Positions 12,001 through 23,777 of a DNA stretch of 64,000 nucleotides are shown in pieces (within the stretch, counting starts at the first letter, position 1; every line of letters starts with the position of its first letter). Made by a program: the position numbers and the translations under genes. The stretch comes from Lingula anatina (taxonomy: Eukaryota; Animalia; Brachiopoda). The DNA lies in contig CM120640.1 of NCBI GenBank assembly GCA_051362555.1, forward strand, positions 24,042,225 to 24,106,224. Reading direction: 5' to 3'. The notes under the pieces were generated by a model. That model was not told the origin of the DNA. It saw only the letters and a program-made list of their open reading frames with translations, and made no database searches.

Positions 12001-14022
12001 AAATGAAAAACAAGATTAGATTCTTTCAATTTACCCATCCTACAACCCCAAAAGAATAAAATTTACTAACCTTAGATTGGATCCAAGAGTGAAGTCCATG
12101 TCCGGGTGGGGTCACTCATCATCTTTTTCATCCTGTAAAAAGAAATAAAAAACAAGATTAGATTTTTTCAATTTACCCATCCTACAACCCCCCAAAAAAG
12201 AAATTTACTAACCTTAGCTTGGATCCAAGAGTGAAGTCCATGTCCAGGTGGGGTCGCTCATCATCTTCTTTGTCCTGTAAAAAGAAATGAAAAACAAGAT
12301 TAGATTTTGTCAATTTACCCATCCTACAACCCCAAAAAAATGAAATTTACTAACCTTAGCTTGCATCCAAGAGTAAAGTCCATGGCCGGGTGTGGTCGCT
12401 CATCATCTTCTTTATCCTGTAAAAAGAAATGCAAAACAAGATTAGATTCTTTCAATTTACCCATCCTACAACCTCAAAAGAATAAAATTTACTAACCTTA
12501 GATTAGATCCAAGAGTGAAGTCCATGTCTGGGTGGGGTCACTCATCATCTTCTTTGGCCTGTAAAAAGAAATGAAAAACAAGATTAGATTTTGTCAATTT
12601 ACCCATCCTACAACCCCCCAAAAAAGAAATTAACTAACCTTAGCTTGCATCCAAGAGTAAAGTCCATGGCCGGGTGAGGTCGCTCATCATCTACTTTGTC
12701 CTGTAAAAAGAAATGAAAAACAAGATTAGATTTTGTCAATTTACCCATCCTACAACCCCAAAAGAATAAAATTTACTAACCTTAGCTTGCATCCAAGAGT
12801 AAAGTCCATGGCTGGGTGGGGTCGCTCATCATCTTCTTTATCCTGTAAAAAGAAATAAAAAACAAGATTAGATTTGTTCAATTTACCCATCCCACCACCC
12901 CCCAAAAAAAGAAATTTACTAACCTTAGCTTGGATCCAAGAGTGAAGTCCATGTCCGTGTGGGGTCGCTCATCATCTTCTTTGTCCTGGAAAAAGAAATG
13001 TAAAACAATATTAGATTTGTTCAATTTACCCATCCTACAACCCCAAAAAAAATGAAATTTACTAACCTTAGCTTGGATCCAAGAGTAAAGTCCATGGCCG
13101 GGTGGGGTCGCTCATCATCTTCTTTATCCTGTAAAAAGAAATGAAAAACAAGATTAGATTTCTTCAATTTACCCATCCCCCCCCACCCCCCCCACCCCCC
13201 CCCAAAAAAAAAAAAAAGAAATTTACTAACCTTAGCTTGGATCCAAGAGTGAAGTCCATGTCTGGGTGGGGTCCCTCATTATCTTCTTTGTCCTGTAAAA
13301 AGAAATGTAAAACAAGATTAGATTTTTTTCAATTTACCTACACCATCACCCCCAAAAAATAAAATTTACTAACCTTAGCTTGGATCCAAGAGTGAAGTCC
13401 ATATCCATGTGGGGTCGCTCATCATCTTCTTTGTCCTGGAAAAAAAAATGAAAAACAAGATTAGATTCTTTCAATTTACCCATCCTACAACCTCAAAAAA
13501 TGAACTTTACTAACCTTAGTGTGGATCCAAGAGTGAAGTCCATGTTCGGGTGGGGTCGCTCATCATCTTCTTTGTCCTGTAAAAAGAAATTAAAAACAAG
13601 ATTAGATTTTTTCAATTTACCCATCCTACAACCCCAAAAGAATAAAATTTACTAACCTTAGATTGGATCCAAGAGTGAAGTCCATGTCTGGGTGGGGTCA
13701 CTCATCATCTTCTTTGTCCTGCAAAAAGAAATGAAAAACAAGATTAGATTTTTTCAATTTACCCATCCTACAACCCCCAAAAAATGAAATTTACTAACCT
13801 TAGCTTGGATCCAAGAGTGAAGACCATGTCCGGGTGGGGTCGCTCATCATCTCCTTTGTCCTGTAAAAAGAAATGAAAAACAAGATTAGATTTGTTTAAT
13901 TTACCTATTCCACCACCCCAAAAAAATGAAATTTACTAACCTTAGCTTGGATCTAAGAGTGAAGACTGTGTCCGGGTGGGGTTGCTCATCATCTTCTTTG
14001 TCCTGTAAAAAGAAATGAAAAA
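1..14022 (-). repeat. 142-bp tandem repeat array (about 100 units, truncated by window start); each unit is an exon-plus-intron-like cassette on the minus strand
   Basis: GGATCC recurs at 128, 270, 412 and 554 (period 142). Shorter 50-bp units (e.g. 554-604) and 33-bp units (7255-7288) are interspersed. Minus-strand unit: TTTTTACAG|GACAAAGAAGATGATGAGCGACCCCACCCGGACATGGACTTCACTCTTGGATCCAAGCTAAG|GTTAGT. Homology stops at about 14022. Copy number is estimated from length divided by period. Confidence 0.97.
13941..14002 (-). other. Outermost (transcriptionally first) exon-like copy of the array, 62 nt, DKEDDEQPHPDTVFTLRSKL
   Basis: Preceded on the minus strand by unique sequence running into TTTTTTTCATTTCTTTTTACAG and followed by AAG|GTTAGT. 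Open in frame 0. Host protein not recognised. Confidence 0.45.
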
Positions 14023-15472
14023 AACTACTTTTCTTTGTTTGAGTTTTTAAAGTTGGTTTTTAAAGTGAAAGTGACATGGTTTTCCTTGAATGGTCACTGT
14101 GGAGGCAGTGCCCAAAATAGGGATGTCTTCAGTTTTGATGCAATATTACATAATGCTTGACAGCATAATGACCATCAAGTTTTAATAATAAAATAAAAGT
14201 ATAATGGATATTCAACAAATATGACATGAAAAAGTCTTCAAGGTCAAGGAAGTTCAGAGTCACACCTTCAAAATACCAAAATGTAAACGAGAGATAACTG
14301 TACTGAAATGATTTTCTTTCCATTTTCAAAACCTTTTTTACAGAAAACAAAATGAGCAATTTACTGTCATTTTTAAATGATCAACTAAGAAAATTGTTGA
14401 CAAAGGAAAAATATCAATAGAACAATTTTAAATGTCCTATTTGCTTCATTCTGAGATTCTGAACATAGTGAATGATTGAATCTGACAAACTGTAAAGATG
14501 TGTTTATTTCCATCTTTGAAACTTTATTACACAATACACAATAACAGGTTTACCATCATTTTTATATTATCAACTAACAATATTGTTAAGATGCAGAAAA
14601 TGTCAAAAGAACGCCTTTACATATATAATTAGTTAAAAAATGAGACTGTTAACATGCCTAAGAATCAAATCTGAGGAAAAAAATACTTATATACAAAAAC
14701 AAGGCATAACTTCAAGAAAACTTCACCAATCAAGCTTATTTTCGAACTAAATCTGTATTTCAGTAAGACTGATCACTCCTGTGAATTTCTAGACAATTGG
14801 TCAATTGATTTTCCTTGAAATGTGTTATCGGTGGTGCATATATGCTAAAGAAAGTTAAAAAACAGAATAGCTTTTATATAAATCGCCTGACCATGCCAAT
14901 TTTCTAACTTGACCTGTGTACTATGAATATTCATCAGTTCTGTAAGTTTCAATCCAAGTGTAAAAATGCTTTGTATGTGTCTGTACATAAAAACAATACA
15001 CAAAAGGGAAAAACACTTACACTTGAGAGAAAATGCACATCAGCCTTAGAAGAGAAACACGACAACCAAACAAGCGTGACCTAAATAGGGCATATGAAGG
15101 CTTTGGTTCTAGCCTCAAAGGGCATTCAACTTTCAAGAACGACCTAGAAACTTGGGCGTAAGAGGAATACGACAGAAATGAAAAGAGAGTATGACATGGT
15201 GGCACCTACCCATCTCCAGCAGCTTGGATTTCAGTCCATATACGATTATTTTTCTGCGGCGGTTATTCGAGGTCCGGGCTAAGAGCTGAGTGTTATTTGT
15301 ACATGTACATTTCCCAGATTGAAGGGTCGAATTCACAGAAGCACACCATGGGGAAAAGACACAACATTCGATGTTTTGTGCTAGTAAAGAAACTATCCTC
15401 AGGTGCGTTGCATTGGCGTAGGATCACATGAGATTTGAAGGTGGTTGCCCGAAGAAAATCAATCGCTCTCAC

Positions 15473-15509
15473 TTCTCGTCTCCTCTGGAGTGAAACGCAA
15501 CATGTCCAT
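15473..15509 (-). other. Candidate first coding exon (MDMLRFTPEETR) of an unidentified minus-strand gene pointing into the array
   Basis: ATGGACATGTTGCGT...ACGAGAA|GTGAGA lies in a locally CpG-rich patch (about 15240-15610). Further minus-strand donor-like sites occur near 15209 (GG|GTAGGT) and 15020 (GT|GTAAGT). I could not join these into a confident model. Confidence 0.25.
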
Positions 15510-16242
15510 CCCGCTTCACAATTGCCCGCTCTTAGACTTCCAATCTTAGATTGACGGCTGGGGGCGTTGTTGTCGTCAGCATCCTGTTAGTTTGAACGCG
15601 GGGGTGTCGTATGAGAATGAGACCCAAATTTCATTATTGCATTGTATATACACCTACGTTTGAAATGCATTCAGCGTTTTCATACCTTAACTTTTTTGTT
15701 TAAACAGATAAAAACGCACATGTACCTCGGAGGAAAGAATCAATGTACGGCTATAATAGTTTTTTGGGGGAAACCACGCACGCCTCTCCCCCAATTATTA
15801 TTGACAGTGTCCTTGCATCTTGTTGACATGATATCAACCTGAAGTTTATAAACCTACCCCAGGCCATCATTGGACGACCTTGTCCGCTTACTCTGGAACA
15901 TTTATTCACAATATGCACTGATCCACAATGCACTGTAAAGAAACTTTCATTTCATTTCTTGTTTCACAGATGATGATAATAAAGATAAAGTGATCAGATA
16001 ATACATTTTTGCTATAAATATGTATGTAGAGTTGTCCAGTTTTTTGGTAGCATTAATTTTCGAAGGAGAAAGGATAACGAAAGGATAATATACTTGGTGT
16101 GATTTAATGTTTTAGTTTCTTTTTACATATGCTTAAATATTTTAACTACTTCTTATATTTGCTTGAAAGAAGATGGCATGCAGGGCTCCATAGTCCCCCT
16201 TTTCACTGTTCAGAACTGGCATGGTTTAAAAAAAAAACTTTC

Positions 16243-16276
16243 GTGTGTGTGTGTGTGTGTGGGGGGGGGGGGGGGA
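16243..16276. repeat. (GT)n followed by poly-G
   Basis: gtgtgtgtgtgtgtgtgt followed by a G run, read directly. Confidence 0.9.
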
Positions 16277-17216
16277 GGGAGGGAGTTACCTCCCTCAGCT
16301 CCTGTGATCTTTTATGTTGTTTAATTACCCAAATTAACAGGTCTGTAGACGGAAAGGGGAGAGGGGGCGAACCCCAGAAGAAGGTTGTTTGCTCAGGGCA
16401 ACATATGACCTACGTACACGGAAGTTTCATGGTAAAAAGATCAACTTATAGAAAAAAAAACGTCACGTTTTGATAATCTGCATCTACTACAATTACCCAA
16501 ATGGTCTTTTATTTAAAAAAAAAAAAGATTAACAAAAAGCATACAACCATATAATGAAGAGGACATTATCAGACTGAGTCTCTAATAACTAAAATGAAAA
16601 AGTATACTTTTAGCTGAAGATGGAGTTAAACAATCTGCCTCAACGGGTTCAGGGGTTGAGAAGTAAATATGTAGAAAGCCAAAATGACGAAATAACCTTA
16701 ACATGAAATTACACAACTTATACGAAGCACATTTTTCTGACTGGCGTGGAGTTTTCATTTTTACAGCATGGAATTTAATGTAAGCGATATTTAGATTACC
16801 TGTTCAATGCCTGCTAGAGATATGCAGCAAGAAAACAAAGCGGGGACATCGTGGGATATGGTGGCCAGACCATGGACAGACGGTAGAGAGTTACAGGTGG
16901 TGCCCCCTCTGAAAATGGAGGTAAGGCCAATGATCTGAAAAATTAAGTATTGGACATGTACTGTTAATTACTTTTCGATTTCAATGGTGCGATGGGCGTA
17001 GAATAGGTGATTTTGCTACTTAAATATGAAGCCTATTTAATGATGTCAATCTATGGCAAATAGCGGGGGATTGTGAAAAATGGGTAATTGAAGGTCTGAT
17101 CATTCCCCTTTTTCTACCCCCTTACCGTCAATAGACAAAAAACTATGAAAACAAACATTTTAGACGAAAAATATTTATATTCTTATTAAAGATCAATTTC
17201 CTAAATTGATGGGTTT

Positions 17217-17453
17217 CAGGGGCAGATCCAGGATTATTAGAAGGGGGGTCCGGAAGACCTCGAACGCAACCCCCCCCCCCCCCCAGGCGTGGGGTTCGTT
17301 GCCTGCTCAAGGGCCCCGAAATTTTTTTGATGTTTTTGAGGGCAAACGGTGCCCTTTGGTACGGTTAAGAACTATGATTCAGATAGTCAAATTTTTTTTC
17401 AAGAGGGGAATATTGGTGTGATATATTTTTCAGAAACCGAAGGGGGAGGGGTC
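17217..17453 (+). mobile_element. Interspersed non-autonomous element, copy 1 (starts CAGGGGCAGATCCAGG)
   Basis: About 170 bp of clear reverse-complement similarity to 22858-23110 (e.g. CTTTGGTACGGTTAAGAACTATGATTCAG; AAGAGGGGAATATTGGTGTGATATATTTTT). The provided ORFs 17206+ and 22801- share LVRLRTMIQ. Confidence 0.8.
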
Positions 17454-18272
17454 AGGAACACCCAGTTCCATGTAAAATATATTTGCTCTTTATCTTTGTT
17501 TAATATATAACTGCTTTTAAATAATAATAGAAAATAGTTATCTAAACAGAGCTGTTACATAAACAAATGCTATAATATTCTATTTACTAATTGTTTTGTT
17601 TCTTATGAAAAATGTCTTATTCTAAGTTTCATTTTTTTTCTGTGAGCACAGTGTGTTGCTATATTTGTATAAAATATAATTTTGATGTATATATATTAAA
17701 ACTGAAACATACGGGGAATTAATTAAAATATTAATGACTCGTGTAATTTGTTATCTTTTTGAGGTGAAAATAGGCCTAAGCCTGCAATTTTGCCGCAAAG
17801 CGATTGTAATTTAGCATTAAATGAATCAATATATTATAAATTTATAGTTAATAATTAAGTCATTAAATCAACGATGCAAGACTTAGATATTTTCCTTATT
17901 AAAGATTTATGTGGCATTCTCGATTGAAAGACCAAATCTGAGATGATCTCACATCATAAGCGGACATGGCGGTGTAGAAGCATACAGGTCGATGGTATTG
18001 AAAGTCACAGTGCCCATTTTGGGCACTTTTTAGATATAATTCCTGTTTGAATATAAAAATTCTCATGCTTCAAGAAAGCTTAGTCTACAAATACAATGTA
18101 GGCAGGCAGGCAGCTGGGACATTTGACGCCACTCGGGCCTGAGTTACGAGTAGACTGAACATAACATTTAAATTCTGTTTACCATTACGGACTGCGGCTC
18201 TGCTAATATAGTTTGTTGTTTATTCATAGTAAAATAATGACTTCATAATGAGAACTGCTTCGAAGCAAAATA

Positions 18273-18330
18273 CGATCGTCAGGAGGTTTATTTGAAAAAT
18301 TGATTTGTCAAATAAACCTCCTGACGATCG
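18273..18330. repeat. Perfect 23-bp inverted repeat (hairpin)
   Basis: CGATCGTCAGGAGGTTTATTTGA (18273-18295) and TCAAATAAACCTCCTGACGATCG (18308-18330) are exact reverse complements with a 12-nt spacer. Confidence 0.92.
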
Positions 18331-18412
18331 GGCATACCTTCTGGGTATGCCCGTGAAACTCAGAGTCGGGGTTATTGCATGTCTCTTGTTTATTAATTTA
18401 TTTATTAATTTT

Positions 18413-18416
<4 letters not shown>

Positions 18417-18496
<80 letters not shown>
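18417..18496. repeat. (AT)40 microsatellite
   Basis: Uninterrupted AT dinucleotide run. Confidence 0.98.
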
Positions 18497-18498
<2 letters not shown>

Positions 18499-20497
18499 AA
18501 CTCAAAGATAAAAAGTTTGAATAACAGCTTCATTGGAATTATATTTTTGTTTTCTTTTTAATTTTTTCTCAAACACTGGCATTTTAAAGATGTGACTTTA
18601 AACTCCCATCTGCCTGAGGCTCTGCACATTTTCTGTATTTTCACATAAGCAGTTGTTTTTGTATTTATGTCTTTTAACATTATGTAATATTATTTTATGC
18701 ACTGTCATCATTTTTCAAATATTGGGACTTTCATCATGTATAGTTTGAACTCTCATGGTCCTGAAACTGCAATCTTATTGAAGGGGGGATTGAGACCATC
18801 CTCTGGGTCTTCCGGAAAACGTTCAGATTTTAAAGTTTATACTGACAGGTATCTATTTGGAAGACCATCAAAATGGAGGATGGATCAACAAAGATACTTT
18901 GGAATACTGTTAGAAAATATCTCTGGATCCGCTCCCGTTATTGATCATGTTACCTGTTGTGCATGATTAAAATTCAGTGTTGACTGACTGTGCATTATAA
19001 GCATTATTTATTATTGCATCAAAATTGACAAAATGACCTGTTTTGCATCTTTATTTTCTGTTTTTTGTCTGTACATTTGACAGCTTTGCTGCCTTGTCTG
19101 TACATTTGACAGTTTTGCTGCTTTGTGGGTTGTCTTTTCAATTAAAAAAAGCATGGTGCTGAATGATCTTATGACCAGTGCCTATATTTTAATGAAATGT
19201 TCAAAAATCAAATGGACAAAAGAAAAGATTAAAGATGTATACAAAGTCAATTTTTTGTCACAAAAAACCAACCAAATACCAGCAAAAAGTTTCAAGTAGT
19301 ATAACTAAGAGAATTACCAAAAGGCATTGATTAATTTTACCCGAAAATGATGTTTGAACAGCTTTTTCTGCTGGCATTCTAAGCTGTATGTCAATGGGGC
19401 AGGAAAGTGGGTCACGAAAGTAGGTTAAATTTACAACCAAAAATTTAAAGGAAGGAGCAGTCTAAAGGTCGTTTATAGCTGATCGAGTGATCTATTCAGT
19501 TTATCCCTTGGCATGTCGAATTTACTAGAGTCATATAAGAAACTAATAGAAGTGGTTTACACGTGTAACTGGGAATCCACACTCCACCGATGCTCGGTTT
19601 GTATGTACCTTTAAGTTTACTTGCTTGAGGAAGGGAATACGTAGACAACCTTGCAAATGAACAAGGGGTGTCATATTTTAGATCACATAATCCGATTTTA
19701 ACCAAAGCCTTACATTGTACGATCCAACCAATGAAAGTTTCAATAGGTATATAATTATAAAATCATTTATTGTGTACTTAATGCCATTGGCACAGACACT
19801 ACAAACAGAATTTGTACTTTGTCTTTCCTGTATTTTCACAGTTACTAGTATGTTTTCAGGAAATTAAAAAACCTGGCTTAAGCCAATTGTTATTCCTGAT
19901 CAATGTTCTAGGCTGGCAACTTTTCAAATGAATGCATTAAGGCTATAAACTACACATTTACTAATGTTCTTAATATGTTTTATTCATACTTTATTTTATC
20001 ATTTTCATCCATAGATGTCTAGTAAAAATCTAAGGTGAAAGTCTTCAGTCTGATTACTCTAATTGCTACTGGCGTTTGAAACATAACAAATAATACAAAA
20101 ATAAGAAAATCATTATAATTTTTAATATCACGATACTGAAAATGTATATCTAAAACAATACATAACAATTTCTGATAAAATTTGATTTCAATTAATTTAA
20201 TTTTACATCATTAAGTCATAGAAGCAGTCTTTAACTAAAGTTAAAAAAAGAATCTAAGGAATGCAAAAAAGAAATTAAAACAAGAAATTGAAAGAGAGAG
20301 AGGTGACAACTGAAGATGTGAATGGTGATGCATGCAAACAAATTATGGACAAGATTTGGTTTAATGTAAATAAAACCACAATTGTTATTTACATTTACCA
20401 TCCATACCAATTTTCATTTTCAACACTGACAAGCTAATTGAGACAATATAGTTTGTTCACTTCAACTACACTGTAGCATAACAAACAGAAGCAGTTT

Positions 20498-22076
20498 TCA
20501 CTCATTTTTGACTGCTGGTTTATTGTTCATCCAAACCCAAATATTGATGGAGGATGCCAAGCACAGCCATGCCAAGTAAGGCATCATTAGATAGGAGGCA
20601 TTCTTATTGATTCCCCAAAACATATAAATACATCCAGCTACACATCCTGCTGTTGTTACTATCTCCAGCGCACCCTGAAAGAGGAAAATTATATTGAAAA
20701 TTAATTAAACCTAATAGCAGCATTACAATTTTAATATATGAATGTTTTTCCACCAAGGGATCATGCAATGACAATATTAAAATACTGTTAAACCTAAAAT
20801 GAACAGCAGATAAAAACTGACACATTGTATGCCATTTCTGCTGCCTTAAATTCCCAATCCAAATACCATATATATGACACAAATAAAAAAGTTTTATTTG
20901 CAAGCCCATGGCCTACAGTCTTGCAGTTTAACATCTGTATTTCACCCCTCATTTCATTTTTTTTCAACTCTTTTGACCTTAACAGATTTAAGCAGCCATG
21001 ATGCAACAGTGGAAATATTTACCAGTCCCATCTTTCTAGCTCCAAAGAAAATGGGTGTCCATGCCCAATTGAGTGCCAGCTGTGTTCCATACAATGCCAA
21101 AGCACCAGCAGCATCTCCCTTAAAACCATTGCCATCACGATAGACAAGGTAGGAAGCATAACCCATACCTGAAATCCATTTGTTCTACCATGATTATCTT
21201 TTTATTCACATTTCTGATAAGTAGAAAAGCATTTCCTCTTAAAAGCATTTACGTTTATTTCTGTCACATAAGCATTCATTAACATCATTGAGTCAATGTT
21301 GAGAAATTATATACAAAGTTGCTCCGGTCTTTAAGTCCCACATAAATTATAGTTAGCTTTTTTGTTTCAGTCCATCAAGGATGTCCACCCCTACCTGTGT
21401 AAAGTGTGGTCCATACAGGTGCAAATACCCAGTTAGGTGGAGTCCATGCTGGCTTCTTTAAGTCCTTCAAAGAATACAATTATTATTGTTAAACTTCGAT
21501 TAAATGATTACATTCCATTTGGAAGTTTCTCCTCTGTATGTACATACAGTTGATGCAAGTGACTTTTCAGTTCTTTTAGTTTTACAATAATTGGAATATG
21601 ATATAGTAAATTACTTGATCAATTATTAGACTTAAAAATATATGGAAGTACTTTTGACCTCTTTACATATATTTACAAGCCATTTTGGCAAAAAAAAAAA
21701 AAAAAACTATAACGAACAGTTACAGTAAAGCAGCTAGTAATTAGTAAATAACAGAAGAGAGAAAGCAGAAAAATGCAACAATCATCAATATACAAGGGCT
21801 TGGCATTCCACTTTTTATCACATCTAACAATTATTTATATATGCTTATAATCACAAATTCTCAGGAATGAATTGAACAGTTTTACCAAAAAATAAATAAA
21901 TAAATAAATAAAATACAAACTGGAGCCCTTGTATAATGACAAATTGCTAGAGTCAAACCATGCACCTTGAACCAATTTTTCAATGTAGGGCGTGTGAAAA
22001 AGGTACCAGCAATTCCACCTATATGTGGGAACAAACTGAAAGCTACAGGGGGTAATAATGCAGACCAAGACGCCAT
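20498..22076 (-). CDS. TSPO: Translocator protein TSPO (TspO/MBR family), isoform using the proximal ATG exon, 167 aa
   Basis: Exons (minus) 22076-21966, 21464-21395, 21168-21023 and 20674-20498, all GT-AG with compatible phases. Translation contains [44 protein letters not shown] and LMMPYLAWL, which are hallmark TSPO motifs. Stop TGA at 20500-20498. Confidence 0.96.
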
Positions 22077-22273
22077 TGCTAAAATATAAAATAATAAAAA
22101 ATATTTAAAAAGGTAGTTATCTAGAGCAGGGGAAATTTTGTTTAATAGAAAAACAAAGCTAAAACCGTGAATAAGTAAATTAACAATGCAAAAAGTTTCG
22201 ACCTATTAGTTATTCTGTGCCATGCAACTACTGACAGAACACTAACAATAGGTGAACAGTTTCTTTCAGCACC

Positions 22274-22636
22274 CAGACATGCTGAAACTGTTGGTCTGAT
22301 CGGTCATGACCGGCAAAATTTGTCTGGACCGGTAAAAACTTGGACTTGGTCGGTTCAAAGGACTGACAAGAGTTTTAAGAGTCGCAATTTTGAATTTAAA
22401 GTCATCATTTGACATACTTCACTAATAAAATGATATAAAGCCCAAAGCATTTTTTCACTTCCATTTCAAACCTATCACATTCACAAACAAAGTAAGCTAC
22501 CCTAATCATACTGGAAGTATCTGTCTCAAACGAATAGGGTGATTTTTGGTCCGACAAAAATTCATTCGGTCAGGCAAATTTTTCATTACTGCCGGTCCAA
22601 ATGTCCAGCCATTCTGAAAAGTTTTCAGCATGTCTG
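22274..22636. mobile_element. MITE with 14-bp TIRs, in the TSPO intron between the two alternative exons
   Basis: CAGACATGCTGAAA ... TTTCAGCATGTCTG, with flanking direct repeat AGCACC at 22268-22273 and 22637-22642. Confidence 0.85.
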
Positions 22637-22857
22637 AGCACCCTGTCATATTTTTATATCAGTATATATATATATATATATGAAACTAATTTTCAACAGC
22701 AATCCACAAAACCATTAGTTAGTAGTCACCCAGCAACAAATATACTATTCACCTTTTCATACCAATAAGGCCACTGAACATAATGCTAAATGGGCAGCAA
22801 TTATATTAATCTGAATGGCGGCAAACTCAAATAGCATCCGGTGGCGGAATTAGAGGG

Positions 22858-23110
22858 GACCCCCGCCCTTCGGTTTCTAAAAAATATATCACACCAATAT
22901 TCCCCTCTTGAAATTAGAATTTTGACTAACTGAATCATAGTTCTAAGCCGTACCAAAGAGCACCATTTGCCGCCCATAACATCAAAAATTTTGGGACCCT
23001 TGAGCAGGCCCCACACCTCGAACCAAGGGGGCAATTGTCAGCTTCACATCTGAGGCCTGTCGTTCTGGACACCCCCTCCCCCATTTAAAAAAACCCTGGA
23101 TCTGTCCCTG
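22858..23110 (-). mobile_element. Interspersed non-autonomous element, copy 2 (inverted relative to 17217-17453)
   Basis: Ends in CCTGGATCTGTCCCTG, the reverse complement of the copy 1 start. Internal similarity as described for copy 1. Confidence 0.8.
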
Positions 23111-23651
23111 GTATCCTCTTCCTGGACTGGACTAAGACTGGTTAAAAGGGGAAATTAATGCAAATGTGCCTTTTAAGGTTGTTAAAACAAAAGGCTATGG
23201 CTAGGAAAGTGATAATCAGTTAATCATTTATCATTTCTGAAAGGGATGACTCATTGCTAGTTGGGATTATATGGACTGGACGATAACCGAAAGGCATGCA
23301 GTGTACATATTCAAAACAAAAATCTCTTAAAATAACAAAACACAAAGTACTAGTACTTATTAACGATAACACTGATGGATCCATGCTAGGTTATGTAGAG
23401 GGGGTGTCTTGGACAATTCGTTTTTCAGGAAAGGGGATAGGTGCAGATACCTCACCCCTCCCCTCCCACTTTTCTCTGGAACTGCACTTGAATAAAACAG
23501 TCTTTTTGGGCACATCATGTTGCAGTTTATCCAAGGGTAATACAAACATAATCACAAATAACGAGACCCTTATCATGAAATTTAAAGAATAAGACAAGGA
23601 CGAAAAATAAAAAACATTAACAGAGGCATGCAGATCAGATCCATGATTTAC

Positions 23652-23777
23652 CTCATTATACCATTTTTCTGACTCTTTGAAGAACTTAGCATGAACGGCA
23701 TATGCATTCACAAAACCACCAACAGTTGGCACAAATATGAATGCTGAAGGAACCAGAAATTTGGACCACTCAGGCAT
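23652..23777 (-). CDS. TSPO: TSPO alternative ATG-bearing exon (distal copy, TM1 plus loop 1), giving a 172-aa isoform
   Basis: TTTATTTCACAG|A ATG ... GAG|GTAAAT. 42 codons, MPEWSKFLVPSAFIFVPTVGGFVNAYAVHAKFFKESEKWYNE, homologous to the proximal exon and ending in the same phase 0. Confidence 0.85.

Noticed and set aside
1023-13362. Unspliced ORFs of 60-115 aa inside the array (MGKLKESNL..., MKFTNL...)
   Set aside because: They are chance read-throughs of repeat units that depend on homopolymer length. Only the 62-nt minus-strand segment has exon-like boundaries.
1-14022. CRISPR array or prokaryotic repeat system
   Set aside because: Units are near-identical along their entire 142 bp with no unique spacers, there are no cas genes, and the context is a eukaryotic intron-rich genome.
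1-14022. Long repetitive protein made by splicing all units together
   Set aside because: 62 nt is not a multiple of 3 and the second copy ends in TAA. An alternative donor 4 nt downstream (TTA|GTAAAT) would give 66-nt in-frame exons, but it is a weaker site and several copies contain TGA. Not supported without RNA data.
14100-14990. Possible coding exons between the array and the CpG patch
   Set aside because: No convincing open exon with both splice sites; the region looks like decayed AT-rich interspersed repeat.
18305-18511. ORF with an IYIYIY tract
   Set aside because: Translation of the (AT)40 microsatellite.
19410-19745. CpG-containing stretch considered as a NUMT or retroelement fragment
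   Set aside because: No recognisable protein or RNA motif in the frames I translated.
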